This document shows positions 37,109 to 47,910 of a DNA stretch of 64,000 nucleotides, one piece after another. Origin of the DNA: an uncultured Acidimicrobiales bacterium. GTDB lineage: Bacteria; Actinomycetota; Acidimicrobiia; Acidimicrobiales; SZUA-35. The notes beneath the pieces are model-generated. The model was not told the DNA's origin. It searched no databases and saw nothing but the letters and a program-made list of their open reading frames with translations. The stretch spans positions 17,633 to 81,632 of the forward strand of contig CALKZY010000015.1 in the NCBI GenBank assembly GCA_938002965.1. Direction: 5' to 3'. The position numbers and the translations under genes were made by a program. The stretch's first letter is position 1. Every line of letters starts with the position of its first letter.

Positions 37109-38086
37109 TCAGCTCACGTCTACCAGGATCTTGCCGAAGTTGGCGTTTGACTCCATGTAGGCCTGGGCTGACGCGATGTCGGCTAGGTCATAGCGAGAGT
37201 CCACGATCGGCTTTAGCAGCCCCTGATCGAACAGAGGTAGCAACTCGGCGGTCGCCCGCTGGGTGAGCACAGCCTTCTCTTCGAGAGGGCGGGCTCGCAG
37301 AACGGTGCCGATTAACGAGGCCCGCTTGGGCAACAACATACCGAGTGGAAGCTCGACGGTCTGCTTGCCCATCACGCCCACTTGGATGAGTCGGCCGCCC
37401 ACCCGTAGTGCCTTGATGTTGTCGATGGTGTACTCACCGCCGATGACGTCAATGACGACGTCGGCCCCTCGGCTGTTGGTGAGGTCCCCAACCCGGTCGA
37501 GGAAGCTCTCGGCCCGGTAGTCGATGGCGGCATCGGCTCCAAGGTCGAGACATCGTTGGACTTTGCCCGCCGAGGCGGTGACGGCAATGCGCGCACCCAT
37601 AGCCTTAGCGATCTGGATTGCCGCTGTACCCACGCCGGAGCCGCCGGCATGGACCAGAGCCCACCTGCCCGATGTCAGCCCGCCTTGCACCACCATGGCA
37701 TCAAAGGCGGTCAGGAAAACCTCGGGCACGGTGGCGGCGTCAGAGATACCCACCGACGAGGGAATCGGCATAAGTTGCCGCTGGTTGACGGCTAACTGTT
37801 CTGCGTACGCCCCACCGCTGACAATTCCCATGACTTCGTCGCCGACCCGCCATTCACCAACCGCTGAGCCGATGGCGGCCACAGTTCCGGCAAACTCCAT
37901 CCCGGGCACCTCGTGCTCGGTTGCTGGGCCCGGGTACAGGCCTCGGCGCTGGAGCAGATCAGCTCGATTGAGCGCCGTAGCTCTCACGTTGACGAGGACA
38001 TCGTCGGGCCCATAGCTGGGCGCCGGAATCTCAGTCAGAGTTAAGACATCGGGGTCGCCGTATTCGGTCAGTACAACAGCTCGCAT
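37109..38086 (-). CDS. NAD(P)H-quinone oxidoreductase (PIG3/zeta-crystallin family)
   Basis: ALNRADLLQR.G.YP, HAGGSGVG. Confidence 0.92.
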   Translation of the reverse strand: MRAVVLTEYGDPDVLTLTEIPAPSYGPDDVLVNVRATALNRADLLQRRGLYPGPATEHEVPGMEFAGTVAAIGSAVGEWRVGDEVMGIVSGGAYAEQLAVNQRQLMPIPSSVGISDAATVPEVFLTAFDAMVVQGGLTSGRWALVHAGGSGVGTAAIQIAKAMGARIAVTASAGKVQRCLDLGADAAIDYRAESFLDRVGDLTNSRGADVVIDVIGGEYTIDNIKALRVGGRLIQVGVMGKQTVELPLGMLLPKRASLIGTVLRARPLEEKAVLTQRATAELLPLFDQGLLKPIVDSRYDLADIASAQAYMESNANFGKILVDVS

Positions 38087-38161
38087 CGGCTCAACCTAGA
38101 TCGTTCAGCCGAAAGATCCGTAGTTTTGGATCAAGTTTCGATCGAGTCCCGCAGCGGTGAG

Positions 38162-40402
38162 CTACTGCTGCTGGTTGATGCGACGCAGGAAGTCAGCGGC
38201 GATCGGGCCGGCCACCGCTCCCCCGGCTCCACCGCCCTCGACGAGCACGGCGAAGGCAACATCGCCTTGGAATCCGGTGAACCATGCATGGGTCGCCGGC
38301 GGTTCCCCGGTCCCGAACTGTGCTGTGCCGGTCTTGGCGAACACCCGATCTCCTGGCAGTCCGCGAGCTGCACCGCCGGTTCCGTAGTCGACCACGGCCC
38401 CCATGAGGTCTCGCAGCTGGTTTGCGGCCTGTTCGTCCAAGCGGTCGATGGCCTGCGGTTCTACAGCTGCTCCATCAAGTACGAGTTGAGGAGTGAAGTA
38501 GACGCCGCTGGCCGCAGTGGCCGACATGACCGCCATGCTCAGAGGGCTTGCCAGCACCTGGCCTTGACCGAAGGAGGTCGCCGCCTGCTCAACAGCGTTG
38601 CCAGGGCTGGGAACGGAACCGGAGAACGCCGAGGTCCCCAGGTTGTACTGTGAACCGACACCAAAACGGCGGGCGGTTGACGGGAGTTGACCTCGGTCAA
38701 TCCCGAGACCGACCTGGATGAACGAGGTGTTGCACGAATAGGCAAATGCGTCGCGGAAGCGGACCCTGCCGAATCCCTGAAAATTGGAGTTGCGGAACTC
38801 TCGACCGTCTACTTGAACAGTCGGTGGGCATTCAATCTCGTTGTCGGCGGTAAAGCCCTGTTCCAGCGCGGCGTAGGCGGTCACGATCTTGAATACCGAC
38901 CCCGGTGGATACTGGCCGGTGAGGGCGAAGTTGTCAGTGGTGTTGGCCGGGCCGTTGGCGACGGCCAGTACTTCGCCGGTGGAGGCTCTGATAGCCACTA
39001 GAGAGCTGGGTTGTTGAGTTTGTCCCACAGCGGCATCCGCCGCTTCCTGCGTGACAGGGTCGATCGTAGTTTGGACTGGTGTTCCGGCGGTTGCCTCGGT
39101 TAGGGCGAGAACGTTGGTCGGATCGTCCGGCAGAAGCTGTTGGCCCTGGTCGTTGGTCATGGGGAAACGCCGGTTGATGCGAATTCTCCAGCCTGGGTAG
39201 CCGGAAAGCCGCTCGTTGTACGCCGCCTGTAGCCCTGATCGCCCGACGATGTCACCGCGAGCGAACTGGTCGGGGCTGTTGTCGATGAGCTCGGCAGTGG
39301 CTTCTCCGGTGCGTCCCAGCAGCCCTCGGGCGAAACCCGACGATGGCGGCAAGATGGCGGTGGATTCGTTGAGAACAACTCCAGGGTTTGCGACTAGCTC
39401 GCCGCGAAGTGGCTCGATGTCTTCCGGTCGTTGAACAGTGACGGCGAAGATGTCGTCGGACGGGGAACGACGAAGGCTGTCGAGCAATGCGCCTTCGTCG
39501 AGCTCGAAGAGTCGGGCAAGAGTGGCCGCGACGTCGTCGAGCGACGGAGCTTGTCGGGGTATCACTCCGATTGTCACGGCCGGACGTTCGCCGACTAGTT
39601 CGAAACCTCCGACTCCCAGGATCGGAGCTCGATCGGCCGGCACCCGGTCGAAGACCAGCGTGTCGCCAGGGAGAAGCCGTTCATCGATAACCGTCGGCGA
39701 CCAGTCCACCTGCCACTCGGTTCCGACTTGTACCACGTCAACTACGCCCTGGGTGGCAAATGTAGCCGTACCACCTTGGAGATTCACTGCCCCTGAGTTG
39801 GCGTCATCACCTTCAGACACCGGAGGCGGAGCGACGGGAATATTGCGAAGGGTCCAGGTTGTTTCCACCGGCACACTTGTTCTGATCTCGTCTTCGGCCA
39901 AGACCACGGTTTCGATCTCTACGGAGAAATCGACGTCGTCAAGATCACTCCAGATCGCCGTGAACTCCGCTTGTGCCTCTGCGGGGTCGTCGAAGGCAAA
40001 GTTCATTCGGGTCAAAGACCGCCCGTTAAGCGCATCTTGGAACCGCAGGGCTGCTGCCTGGGCCAGCTCTTGTGATGACAGACCTGAGGAGGCCACGGAA
40101 TCGCCGTCGACCTCACTCGAATCAGCGTCTTCGCCTGAAGCATCATCGTCGGATTCGTTGCCGGGCGACCCGACGAGCTGAATGACGAGCAGGACTACTA
40201 GTCCGAGACCGACGATCGCTCCAAAGAGCGGTATCAGCCAGCGGGCCGAGGCGACGTCGGCGTACACCTCCTCGACGGTTTCGACTTCGCCGGTTGGGCG
40301 CGGGTCATGGCTGACCGGTCTCGCCCCGTAGCCGGTCTCGTCCATGGAACCCCTGCCCCCCGCCGGGGGGATTCCTGTACCTGAACCCTGGTACTCACCC
40401 AC
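38162..40402 (-). CDS. Class B penicillin-binding protein (MecA_N-like + transpeptidase)
   Basis: SVFK, SCN, KTGT motifs; N-terminal TM. Confidence 0.92.
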   Translation of the reverse strand: MGEYQGSGTGIPPAGGRGSMDETGYGARPVSHDPRPTGEVETVEEVYADVASARWLIPLFGAIVGLGLVVLLVIQLVGSPGNESDDDASGEDADSSEVDGDSVASSGLSSQELAQAAALRFQDALNGRSLTRMNFAFDDPAEAQAEFTAIWSDLDDVDFSVEIETVVLAEDEIRTSVPVETTWTLRNIPVAPPPVSEGDDANSGAVNLQGGTATFATQGVVDVVQVGTEWQVDWSPTVIDERLLPGDTLVFDRVPADRAPILGVGGFELVGERPAVTIGVIPRQAPSLDDVAATLARLFELDEGALLDSLRRSPSDDIFAVTVQRPEDIEPLRGELVANPGVVLNESTAILPPSSGFARGLLGRTGEATAELIDNSPDQFARGDIVGRSGLQAAYNERLSGYPGWRIRINRRFPMTNDQGQQLLPDDPTNVLALTEATAGTPVQTTIDPVTQEAADAAVGQTQQPSSLVAIRASTGEVLAVANGPANTTDNFALTGQYPPGSVFKIVTAYAALEQGFTADNEIECPPTVQVDGREFRNSNFQGFGRVRFRDAFAYSCNTSFIQVGLGIDRGQLPSTARRFGVGSQYNLGTSAFSGSVPSPGNAVEQAATSFGQGQVLASPLSMAVMSATAASGVYFTPQLVLDGAAVEPQAIDRLDEQAANQLRDLMGAVVDYGTGGAARGLPGDRVFAKTGTAQFGTGEPPATHAWFTGFQGDVAFAVLVEGGGAGGAVAGPIAADFLRRINQQQ

Positions 40403-40534
40403 CCAATCATCCTAGGTGACGCCAAGCCGGTGTCGGGTGAGCGCACCAGTTCCGTCAACAAACCGAGTCACGCACTCAACATCATGTTGACCTGCCGACA
40501 GCACCAGGGTTGTAGGAAGCTAGGCTGTGGGCCG

Positions 40535-41035
40535 ATGACGACCGAGGACCACGTTGACGAACATCATGGGGAGACTGCGCTTGGCCGCAGCCTCCGACCG
40601 CTCCTGATGCTGGCGCCCCTGACCTTGGCCGTGATCGTTCCTGCTGTCATCTACGGGTGGTACTCGTCGCGGGCCGCTGATGACGCCTTCGCCTTTGTGG
40701 AAGAAGCGTTGATCAGTGACGCCGACGGAACGAGCATCGATCAGGCCAGCTTCTGTGAAGGTGTTGCGAGCGATGTGTCCGCCTTGTCGTTTCACCAACT
40801 GGTTGAGAACGTCGACGGGGCTCGAGCGTCATTGAGCAATCTGGGCTTCGGCACCGCCGTCGTCGATTTCAAAGGATGGCTCGATGAGCCTCAGGCAGTC
40901 GAAGAGGACGACAGCTCGGATTCTTCGACAACCGGTCAGGATCTGCGAGACGACATAACGTTCAGCCTCGTCCGCTCGGAGTCGGGCTCAGGCAGCGAAT
41001 CGTCGTGGTGCATCGAGGACATAGCAGTCCAGTAG
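40535..41035 (+). CDS. Hypothetical membrane-anchored protein
   Basis: One TM; start ATG 40535 preferred over 40430. Confidence 0.6.
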   Translation: MTTEDHVDEHHGETALGRSLRPLLMLAPLTLAVIVPAVIYGWYSSRAADDAFAFVEEALISDADGTSIDQASFCEGVASDVSALSFHQLVENVDGARASLSNLGFGTAVVDFKGWLDEPQAVEEDDSSDSSTTGQDLRDDITFSLVRSESGSGSESSWCIEDIAVQ

Positions 41036-41058
41036 CGCTGAGCAGTCCCCGTCACGAT

Positions 41059-44000
41059 CTAGCGAGGCGTCCACGTCCCACCGCTGCGCTCCAGCGACTC
41101 AACTACTTGATCGAGCTCGGCGACGGCCTCTATGAACGAGGGGTGTTCGGCATCGAAGCCGCTTGAAGCTCGTTCGATCGCTTGGCGTTGACTGGCGGTT
41201 GGCCCGTTTGTCGTTTGCCAGTGGTAGTAGGCAACCCGGCCGACCAAGGCCGATATTGACGGATTGTCGGCTTCACCCAATTCGCTAAGAATCGGATCTC
41301 CCACGAGTGCCCGGGCAAAGCCCTCCACCCGGCCGCGAATTCCTTCAAGCTCGGAGTTCAAATCATGTCCGGCAATGGCCGTGCCTTGCAATGTGCGACG
41401 CACCAGAGTTATCCGGTCTCGAACCTGCTGGAGGTGTGCCTCGGCTCCGGCCACTCGTCGTTCAAGGTCAAGCGTGTGTCGAACAAACTCGGCATCGGCC
41501 TGGTTAGAACGCTCGTGAGGACCGAGATCGATGCCAAGCACCGGGCGGACGGTGAACGCCTGGGCGTCGCCGATTTGCCGATCACCTTCATCTGACAGCA
41601 GCATCAACTCCACCGTGAAAGCACCGGGTTCAACCAGCGGCCCTGGAAGTGGGCGATCCCACGGAACGACGAAATCCGGCTCGGTGGCCCGCAACGGTTG
41701 CGGTGAAGCCAGCCGGAGATCCCACGTTGTTCGGTGAAGGCCCTTCTTCGTTTCGGCCTGGAGCTGTCTCACCGGCTGTCCACTGCTGTCACGAACGACG
41801 AGCACCAGCGCTGGCTCCCCGGCCAGGTGCTCGCTGTAGAGCGTGTCTACGTCGGGGATTTCGACGTTGTCCCCGGCGCCTCGCTGTTCCTTTTCCTGCT
41901 TCTGTCGCTGTTTGCGAGGCCCGATGATGTCGTCGGGCAAGACGTAGGTGATGGTGGCCCCGAAGTCGGGGTTGGGCGCCCGAAAGGCGGAAGAACCAAG
42001 CGTCGGCTGACCTTCAGCCTGGGCAAGAGTGTGGGGAACGTACCACCAGGCGTCGCCAGCAGACAACAGTCGCGGCTCGTCAACACGGTCGTCGGCAACA
42101 AGGGCCCGAAGCGGTCCATAGTCATCGAGGATGTAGATCCCGCGACCGAATGATCCTGCCACGAGGTCGTCGGATCGGCGGTGGATTTTAACGTCTCGGA
42201 ACGAGATGGTGGGTACTCCCCCACTTAAGTTGTGCCAGGTCTCACCGCCGTCCAAGGTGACATGTAGACCGTATTCGGCACCGATGAACAAGAGGTCGGA
42301 TTCGACGTGGTCCTGCTCGATCGACCAAACAATGGTGTGACCGGGGAGGTCGCCGACGATCGGGTGCCACGAACGGCCCCGGTCGTCGCTTCGATAGGCG
42401 TAGGGCGTGAAGTCACCAAACTTGTGATTGTCGGCCACTACGAACACCACATCGGCGTAGTGTTCGGACGCTTTGACGTTGTTGATGAAAGCCGTCTCGG
42501 GCAGTCCCGGTGGGGTCGCAGTTTCGGCCCAGGTCTCGCCCCCATCAGAGGTGACGTGCAGGCGGCCGTCGTCGGTGCCCACGTAGAGCAGGCCTTCGGC
42601 CACCGATGACTCACACATGTGTGAGACGGTGGCATATTGCGACATGGCTACGTGGTCGTACGGACCGGTCACGCCAGGGACCGCGGCGAACGTCGCCATC
42701 TCGTAGCGGTTGCGAGCGGTAGTCAAGTCCTCGCTGATGGGTTTCCAAGAGTCGCCTCGGTCATCGGAGCGCCACACCCGCTGTGAGGCAAGGTAGAGGC
42801 GATGCCGGTTGTGGGGGCTCACAACGATCGGGCAGTCCCAGTTCCATCGTTCCGGGTCGTCGTCTTTACCAGGCAGTGGACGAATGTCAGTGAGCTCCAT
42901 CGTTCGGCGGTCGTGGCGCATGACGTTGCCCTCCTGCCACTCGATGTAGCTGACATCGGGGTCTTCGGGGTCGAAGGCGGCGTGGTATCCGTCGGCGCCA
43001 AGCGGCACGGTCCAGTCCTGGTTTCGCACGCCCTCCACACTGGTTGTGCGGGACGGGCCGTACAGCGTGCCGAGGTCCTGAGCCCCGGCCAGGATGTTGT
43101 AGAACGGCTCGGCGTTGTCCATCGCGATTCGGTAGAACTGGGCGATCGGCAAGTTGGGAAAGTGACGGTTGGTGACACCGTCATCGAACGTTTCGTACAG
43201 GCCAGCGTCGCATCCGATTAGGAGGTGATCGGGGTTCACCGGGTCAATCCAAACCACGTGGTTATCGCTGTGCTTGTTGCGTCCGGTCTCCATGTTGGTG
43301 AACGTGTGGCCCCCATCCGTGGACACGTGCAGGAAGACGTCGACCTGGTAGATCTTGTCGGCGTCGGCCGGCGAGGCGAATAGTTCCTGGTAGTAGTGCG
43401 GCCCAGTTCCGCCGGAGATGTACTCGCTGCGCCGCTCCCAGCTTTCTCCACCGTCGCCGGAGTAGTACAGACCACGCTCGTGCTCGTCGGCTTCGATTGT
43501 GGCGTAGACCCGGCGGGGATCAGCCGGCGTGACGGCTAGGCCGATCTTGCCCATATCGCCTTCTGGCAGTCCCTTGCCCACTTTGCGCCAGGTCGCTCCG
43601 CCGTCAGTTGACTTGTGGATCCCGGATCCTGGGCCCCGACTGGCAAAGGTGGCTACGTGACGTCGCCGCTGATATGACGCCGCCAGTAGCACATCGGGGT
43701 CGGCGGGTGATCGAACGATGCTGGTGACGCCGGTGTCGTCATCTATCTCAAGCGCCTGGTCCCAGGTTTGTCCTCCATCGGTGCTGCGGTAGACACCACG
43801 CTCACCGCCGGATGACCACAGCGGACCCTCAGCGGCCACCAGGATCGTGGCGCTGTCGTTGGGGTCGACGCTGATGGCACCAATGTGCTCAGAACGGCCG
43901 AGGCCCATCTGCTCCCACGTTTGTCCGCCGTCACGGCTGCGGTAGACGCCGTCGCCCCAGGCGACATGTCGCCCGCTGACGCTTTCGCCGGTGCCGACCC

Positions 44001-44289
44001 AGATGGTATTGGGATCTGCCGGATCGAGCGCCAGGCAGCCAATCGAATACGAGGTTTGCTCATCGAAGATGGGGGTCCACGTCGTTCCAGCGTTGATCGT
44101 CTTCCACACGCCGCCGGAGCCGACGGCCACGTACCAGGTTGCCGGACGAGTCGGGTGTACGGCGATGTCGGATAGTCGCCCGCCCATGAATGCAGGCCCG
44201 ATACCGCGGAGCTTGAGGCCGGAGATGGCTTTAGCAAGCGGTGATTGGTCGTTGTCAGCGTCGTTGGTGGGGGTCATGTTGTTAGGCAT
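41059..44289 (-). CDS. BNR/VPS10 (Asp-box) repeat glycosyl-hydrolase-like protein
   Basis: Many SxDGGxTW repeats; RWNW..P; start near 44289/44277. Confidence 0.88.
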   Translation of the reverse strand: MPNNMTPTNDADNDQSPLAKAISGLKLRGIGPAFMGGRLSDIAVHPTRPATWYVAVGSGGVWKTINAGTTWTPIFDEQTSYSIGCLALDPADPNTIWVGTGESVSGRHVAWGDGVYRSRDGGQTWEQMGLGRSEHIGAISVDPNDSATILVAAEGPLWSSGGERGVYRSTDGGQTWDQALEIDDDTGVTSIVRSPADPDVLLAASYQRRRHVATFASRGPGSGIHKSTDGGATWRKVGKGLPEGDMGKIGLAVTPADPRRVYATIEADEHERGLYYSGDGGESWERRSEYISGGTGPHYYQELFASPADADKIYQVDVFLHVSTDGGHTFTNMETGRNKHSDNHVVWIDPVNPDHLLIGCDAGLYETFDDGVTNRHFPNLPIAQFYRIAMDNAEPFYNILAGAQDLGTLYGPSRTTSVEGVRNQDWTVPLGADGYHAAFDPEDPDVSYIEWQEGNVMRHDRRTMELTDIRPLPGKDDDPERWNWDCPIVVSPHNRHRLYLASQRVWRSDDRGDSWKPISEDLTTARNRYEMATFAAVPGVTGPYDHVAMSQYATVSHMCESSVAEGLLYVGTDDGRLHVTSDGGETWAETATPPGLPETAFINNVKASEHYADVVFVVADNHKFGDFTPYAYRSDDRGRSWHPIVGDLPGHTIVWSIEQDHVESDLLFIGAEYGLHVTLDGGETWHNLSGGVPTISFRDVKIHRRSDDLVAGSFGRGIYILDDYGPLRALVADDRVDEPRLLSAGDAWWYVPHTLAQAEGQPTLGSSAFRAPNPDFGATITYVLPDDIIGPRKQRQKQEKEQRGAGDNVEIPDVDTLYSEHLAGEPALVLVVRDSSGQPVRQLQAETKKGLHRTTWDLRLASPQPLRATEPDFVVPWDRPLPGPLVEPGAFTVELMLLSDEGDRQIGDAQAFTVRPVLGIDLGPHERSNQADAEFVRHTLDLERRVAGAEAHLQQVRDRITLVRRTLQGTAIAGHDLNSELEGIRGRVEGFARALVGDPILSELGEADNPSISALVGRVAYYHWQTTNGPTASQRQAIERASSGFDAEHPSFIEAVAELDQVVESLERSGGTWTPR

Positions 44290-45409
44290 CGATGAGTCCA
44301 AGCTGGCGGCCAACCCATTCACGAATTACCGGGCCGCTTTCGTAGGGGAAGTTGTTGACCACGTGGTTCCCGCCTTCGACGAGAACGAACTCCGCCGGTC
44401 CGGATGCCTCGTCAACTATGCGCTTGCCTTGCTCCCACGGGATCAACGGATCTCTATCGCCATGAACTACAAGCAAGGGCGTGGTGATCTGATCAGCGAT
44501 TCCCTCCAACGTAAGTTCGGCGGCCAACACCTTGGCCTCGGCGGCGTCGGCCGCTCCCGAGTAGTGTTGGAACGCGTCACGGGTGACCTGTGGTATCAAA
44601 TCCCAACACTCAGCCCAATCGAACGGGCCGCAGTTGCCGACCACAGCCGCTAGGCGATGCTCAAAACACGCCGCCCGGGGAGCGTAGTACCCGGCCAACG
44701 ATCCACCCACTAAGGCGATGCGCTGACCGTTGGCCCAGGGTTGTTCGACGATCCAGTCGATCATGGCGCTCACAGCCACCTCATAGTCGGGACGAATTGT
44801 TGACCAGCGGCTGGCTTCGCCCTGACCTGGTCCGTCCATCGAGATCACAGCGTATCCGTCGGCCACCCAGCCACCGGCCGCGCCGTGACGGGTCTCTTTG
44901 GTCGAGTCGAGGCCGGGCAGGAAGATGGCAACCGGGACCGGCCCATTGCTCGGCGGGAGCGACAGCAGGCCGACGATCCGGTCAGCGCCATCACCGACTG
45001 AAATCTTCTCCACCGCCGGGCGAACGTGCGGTAGCGCCTTGTCATGGCTCTCCAGCATCCGGGTTAGGCCCTCGGCATGCAGATCGAGGTCTCGGGTGGC
45101 CACGTGGTAGCCGACGTGATAGCACCGCGATGCCAACAGCCATGCGCCGGCGGCCCGCGACGTCGAACCGATGGCAGCCAGACGGTCGCCCCGTTCCTCG
45201 TGGCGATGTCCGGTCTGCATCCACGCACCGACCCAGTCATCCCATGTTTTGACCTGGCTAACCGTGCGAGCGATGTCACCGATGGGGATACCGGCGTTCA
45301 AGAATCGAGGTGTCCAGGTCTCCATGACCTGACGTACCAACGGATCGTCATGGAGCAGCGGCGTGATATCGGAGCTGAATGAGGTGGTGCGAAGGATTTG
45401 CTCTCCCAT
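44282..45409 (-). CDS. Alpha/beta hydrolase (2,6-dihydroxypseudooxynicotine hydrolase-like)
   Basis: PGLDSTKE, DGPGQGE, GGSLAG, HG.RDPL, GGNH. Confidence 0.85.
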   Translation of the reverse strand: MGEQILRTTSFSSDITPLLHDDPLVRQVMETWTPRFLNAGIPIGDIARTVSQVKTWDDWVGAWMQTGHRHEERGDRLAAIGSTSRAAGAWLLASRCYHVGYHVATRDLDLHAEGLTRMLESHDKALPHVRPAVEKISVGDGADRIVGLLSLPPSNGPVPVAIFLPGLDSTKETRHGAAGGWVADGYAVISMDGPGQGEASRWSTIRPDYEVAVSAMIDWIVEQPWANGQRIALVGGSLAGYYAPRAACFEHRLAAVVGNCGPFDWAECWDLIPQVTRDAFQHYSGAADAAEAKVLAAELTLEGIADQITTPLLVVHGDRDPLIPWEQGKRIVDEASGPAEFVLVEGGNHVVNNFPYESGPVIREWVGRQLGLIDA

Positions 45410-45585
45410 GCTTCACGAGTGAAACACAACCTCAACGGCTCCGCCAGAGCGATCGTCATCGTCAAGCCCATGTTCTGTACTGCCCGTGTTGTTTGATAGC
45501 AGGCCTTCTCGGTATGCATCCGGGTGGCAACGTCGACCGGGGCGGATGGGTCGTAGGCTATCTGCAGACGAGACGGGAGATTTCG

Positions 45586-45966
45586 GTGGCCGCCAAGGTG
45601 TTTGAATACAAGCTCGACACACGCTTCTTCTTCGTCTGGTGGCCGCTGGGGGTCAGAGTGGGTCAGGGCGTCACCATCGAGAATGGTCGACTGACCGCCC
45701 AATACGGTCGGGTGAATCTGTCTACTTCACTCGACAACATCGACGGTGGTCACATCACCGAAAACTACAGCTGGGCCAAGGCCATCGGGATTCGCATGTC
45801 GTTCGCCGATGACGGGCTGACGTTCGGGACCAATACCCAGGCCGGAGTTTGTATTCACTTCGCAAAACCGGTCGGCGGTGCGCTCCCCGGAATGGAACAT
45901 TCGGCATTGACGGTGACCGTCGACGACTGCGAAGGCCTGCTAGCTGCCATCGGCCAGGCGGACTGA
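45586..45966 (+). CDS. Conserved-looking hypothetical protein
   Basis: GGGAGA RBS before GTG 45586; IG.R.S..D.GLTFGTN...GVC..F. Confidence 0.7.
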   Translation: MAAKVFEYKLDTRFFFVWWPLGVRVGQGVTIENGRLTAQYGRVNLSTSLDNIDGGHITENYSWAKAIGIRMSFADDGLTFGTNTQAGVCIHFAKPVGGALPGMEHSALTVTVDDCEGLLAAIGQAD

Positions 45967-46107
45967 ACCAAGGCAGGTGAACCAGCCGGTTAGCGGTCCA
46001 ACATTAAGTTATGGACGAGATTTGGCCAGGATCTGAGACCCCACCGGACATCGCCTCCGCCTGGAGACTACGTTGCAGATCATCACCACGCCTTTGGGGG
46101 TTTTGTC

Positions 46108-47910
46108 ATGGCGTCAGTTCGGCCAACGCACTCATCCGCTGATTTAGAGCGGCGAACTCGAAATCGTCGCGGCTTGCTAGCTGGCTTGGCTCTGTTGCTC
46201 GCGATAGTGGTTGTCGTTCCAGCCGCCGAAGCTGCCCGAGATGCCAACGGCACCCGTCAGAGTGTTTCGGTCCGGGGCCGCAAGGCCATCTTCGTCGGAA
46301 AGGTCACCGATGCAGCAACTCCGGTGGCCGGTGTGAGCGTCGCGCTCCACCAGACAACTAGTGACGGCGCTGTAGGCCGTCGCCGGGCCTCCACCACCAC
46401 TGACGCTGCTGGCGCCTTTTCGTTCGAGTCGAAGGGCGACTGCTACCAGGTTGTCTTTACCGCCCCACAAGATCGGACCTTCACCGATGGCGCATCCATC
46501 CTTACGGTGCCCGTCTGCGGCGAAAGGGGTGCTGTGGTTTCGGGTATCGACGCCGAGCTGGCGACGGTGAGCGTGCCACCTTCCACAACACCGCCGACTA
46601 CGACCTCGTCTACAACCGCTCCCCCGACAACCTCGCCGCCTACAACCTCGTCACCTACGACTGCACCGCCAACCACTACGCCGACAACCGCACCACCTAC
46701 GACTCCAACCTCTGCGCCGCCGCCCGTGGGTGTCGGCTGTCTTGGGGCACCGGCGTTGCCTACTCCCTCAGGCAACGTGATCAGCGTCGGCAACGAGGCT
46801 GACTTGCAGGCCGCCATGCGGTCGGCTCCTGCCGGAACCACTGTGCTTATCGCCCCCGGCATCTACCAACTGACAAGCACACTGGCGCCGCGTGCCGACG
46901 ACATCACCATCCGAGGCGATAGCGATGACTGCACAGATGTTGTGCTGCGTGGCAACGGGATGGACAACTCGTCATACGGAAACGTGCCTCATGGCGTCTG
47001 GACGGACCGTTCCGGATTGTCGGTTCAGAACCTCACTATTGTCGACGTCTGGTACCACTCGGTAGCCGTTGACGGAGCGGCCGATGACGTTCACCTCTAT
47101 AACCTCCGCATGGTCGACGCCGGCGAGCAGTTCGTAAAGGCCAGTTCCGGCGCGACCTACGGTGACGGCTCGCGCCGAGGCCTGGTGGAGTACTCGATCA
47201 TGGAGTACCCCGACGGCCCGTCGCTGGTCGATCACGGTTCCGGCATCGGCTATACCCAAGGCGTTGACGTGGTCGGCGGCCATGACTGGGTTGTCCGCAA
47301 GAACCTGTTCCGCAATTTCCACACCCCGGACTATGCGACGTACTTGTGGAATCCCGTCGTGCTCGGTTGGCAGGGCAGCAGCAATATGGTGATTGAGGAC
47401 AATGTCTTCATTGATGTTGATCGCGCCATCGGGCTCGGCCTGGCAGAGCAGCAGAGCGGCACCGACCACAGTGGTGGGCGAGTAGCCAACAACATGGTGT
47501 ACATCACACCCGGTCTGTTCAGCGATCAGCGCTCGGCCGATGCCGACGCGCCGATAATCGTGTGGGATTCACCGGGGTCAGTGGTTGAACACAACACCTG
47601 CGTCAGCAACGGAAACCACCCCTCCTGTATTCAGTTCCGTTTCAACACGACCGGTGGCATCGTTGGAAACAATCTGCTCGATGCCCCGGTGACCGGTCGA
47701 ACGGGAGCTGACTACACCGAAATCGGCACCCGAACCGTTCCCTCGCCGTCCATCTTCGTGGACTCGGCAAAGGGCGATCTACACCTCAGCGATGGCGTTG
47801 ACTTAGCCACTCTCGAATCGCTTCGGGTGGCGAGAAGTGCGGCTACCAGCGTGGACATCGACGGTCAATCCCGGCCCAGTCGAACGTTGGCCGGCGCAGA
47901 CGAGCGCTAG
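46108..47910 (+). CDS. Secreted right-handed beta-helix protein with Ig/SdrD-B-like N-domain and Pro/Thr linker
   Basis: Signal peptide, TTDAAGAFSF, TTxPP repeats, IAPGIY, stacked N repeats, DIDGQSR tail. Confidence 0.8.
   Translation: MASVRPTHSSADLERRTRNRRGLLAGLALLLAIVVVVPAAEAARDANGTRQSVSVRGRKAIFVGKVTDAATPVAGVSVALHQTTSDGAVGRRRASTTTDAAGAFSFESKGDCYQVVFTAPQDRTFTDGASILTVPVCGERGAVVSGIDAELATVSVPPSTTPPTTTSSTTAPPTTSPPTTSSPTTAPPTTTPTTAPPTTPTSAPPPVGVGCLGAPALPTPSGNVISVGNEADLQAAMRSAPAGTTVLIAPGIYQLTSTLAPRADDITIRGDSDDCTDVVLRGNGMDNSSYGNVPHGVWTDRSGLSVQNLTIVDVWYHSVAVDGAADDVHLYNLRMVDAGEQFVKASSGATYGDGSRRGLVEYSIMEYPDGPSLVDHGSGIGYTQGVDVVGGHDWVVRKNLFRNFHTPDYATYLWNPVVLGWQGSSNMVIEDNVFIDVDRAIGLGLAEQQSGTDHSGGRVANNMVYITPGLFSDQRSADADAPIIVWDSPGSVVEHNTCVSNGNHPSCIQFRFNTTGGIVGNNLLDAPVTGRTGADYTEIGTRTVPSPSIFVDSAKGDLHLSDGVDLATLESLRVARSAATSVDIDGQSRPSRTLAGADER

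Noticed and set aside
46560-46730. Imperfect tandem repeats
   Set aside because: Ordinary Pro/Thr linker coding sequence.
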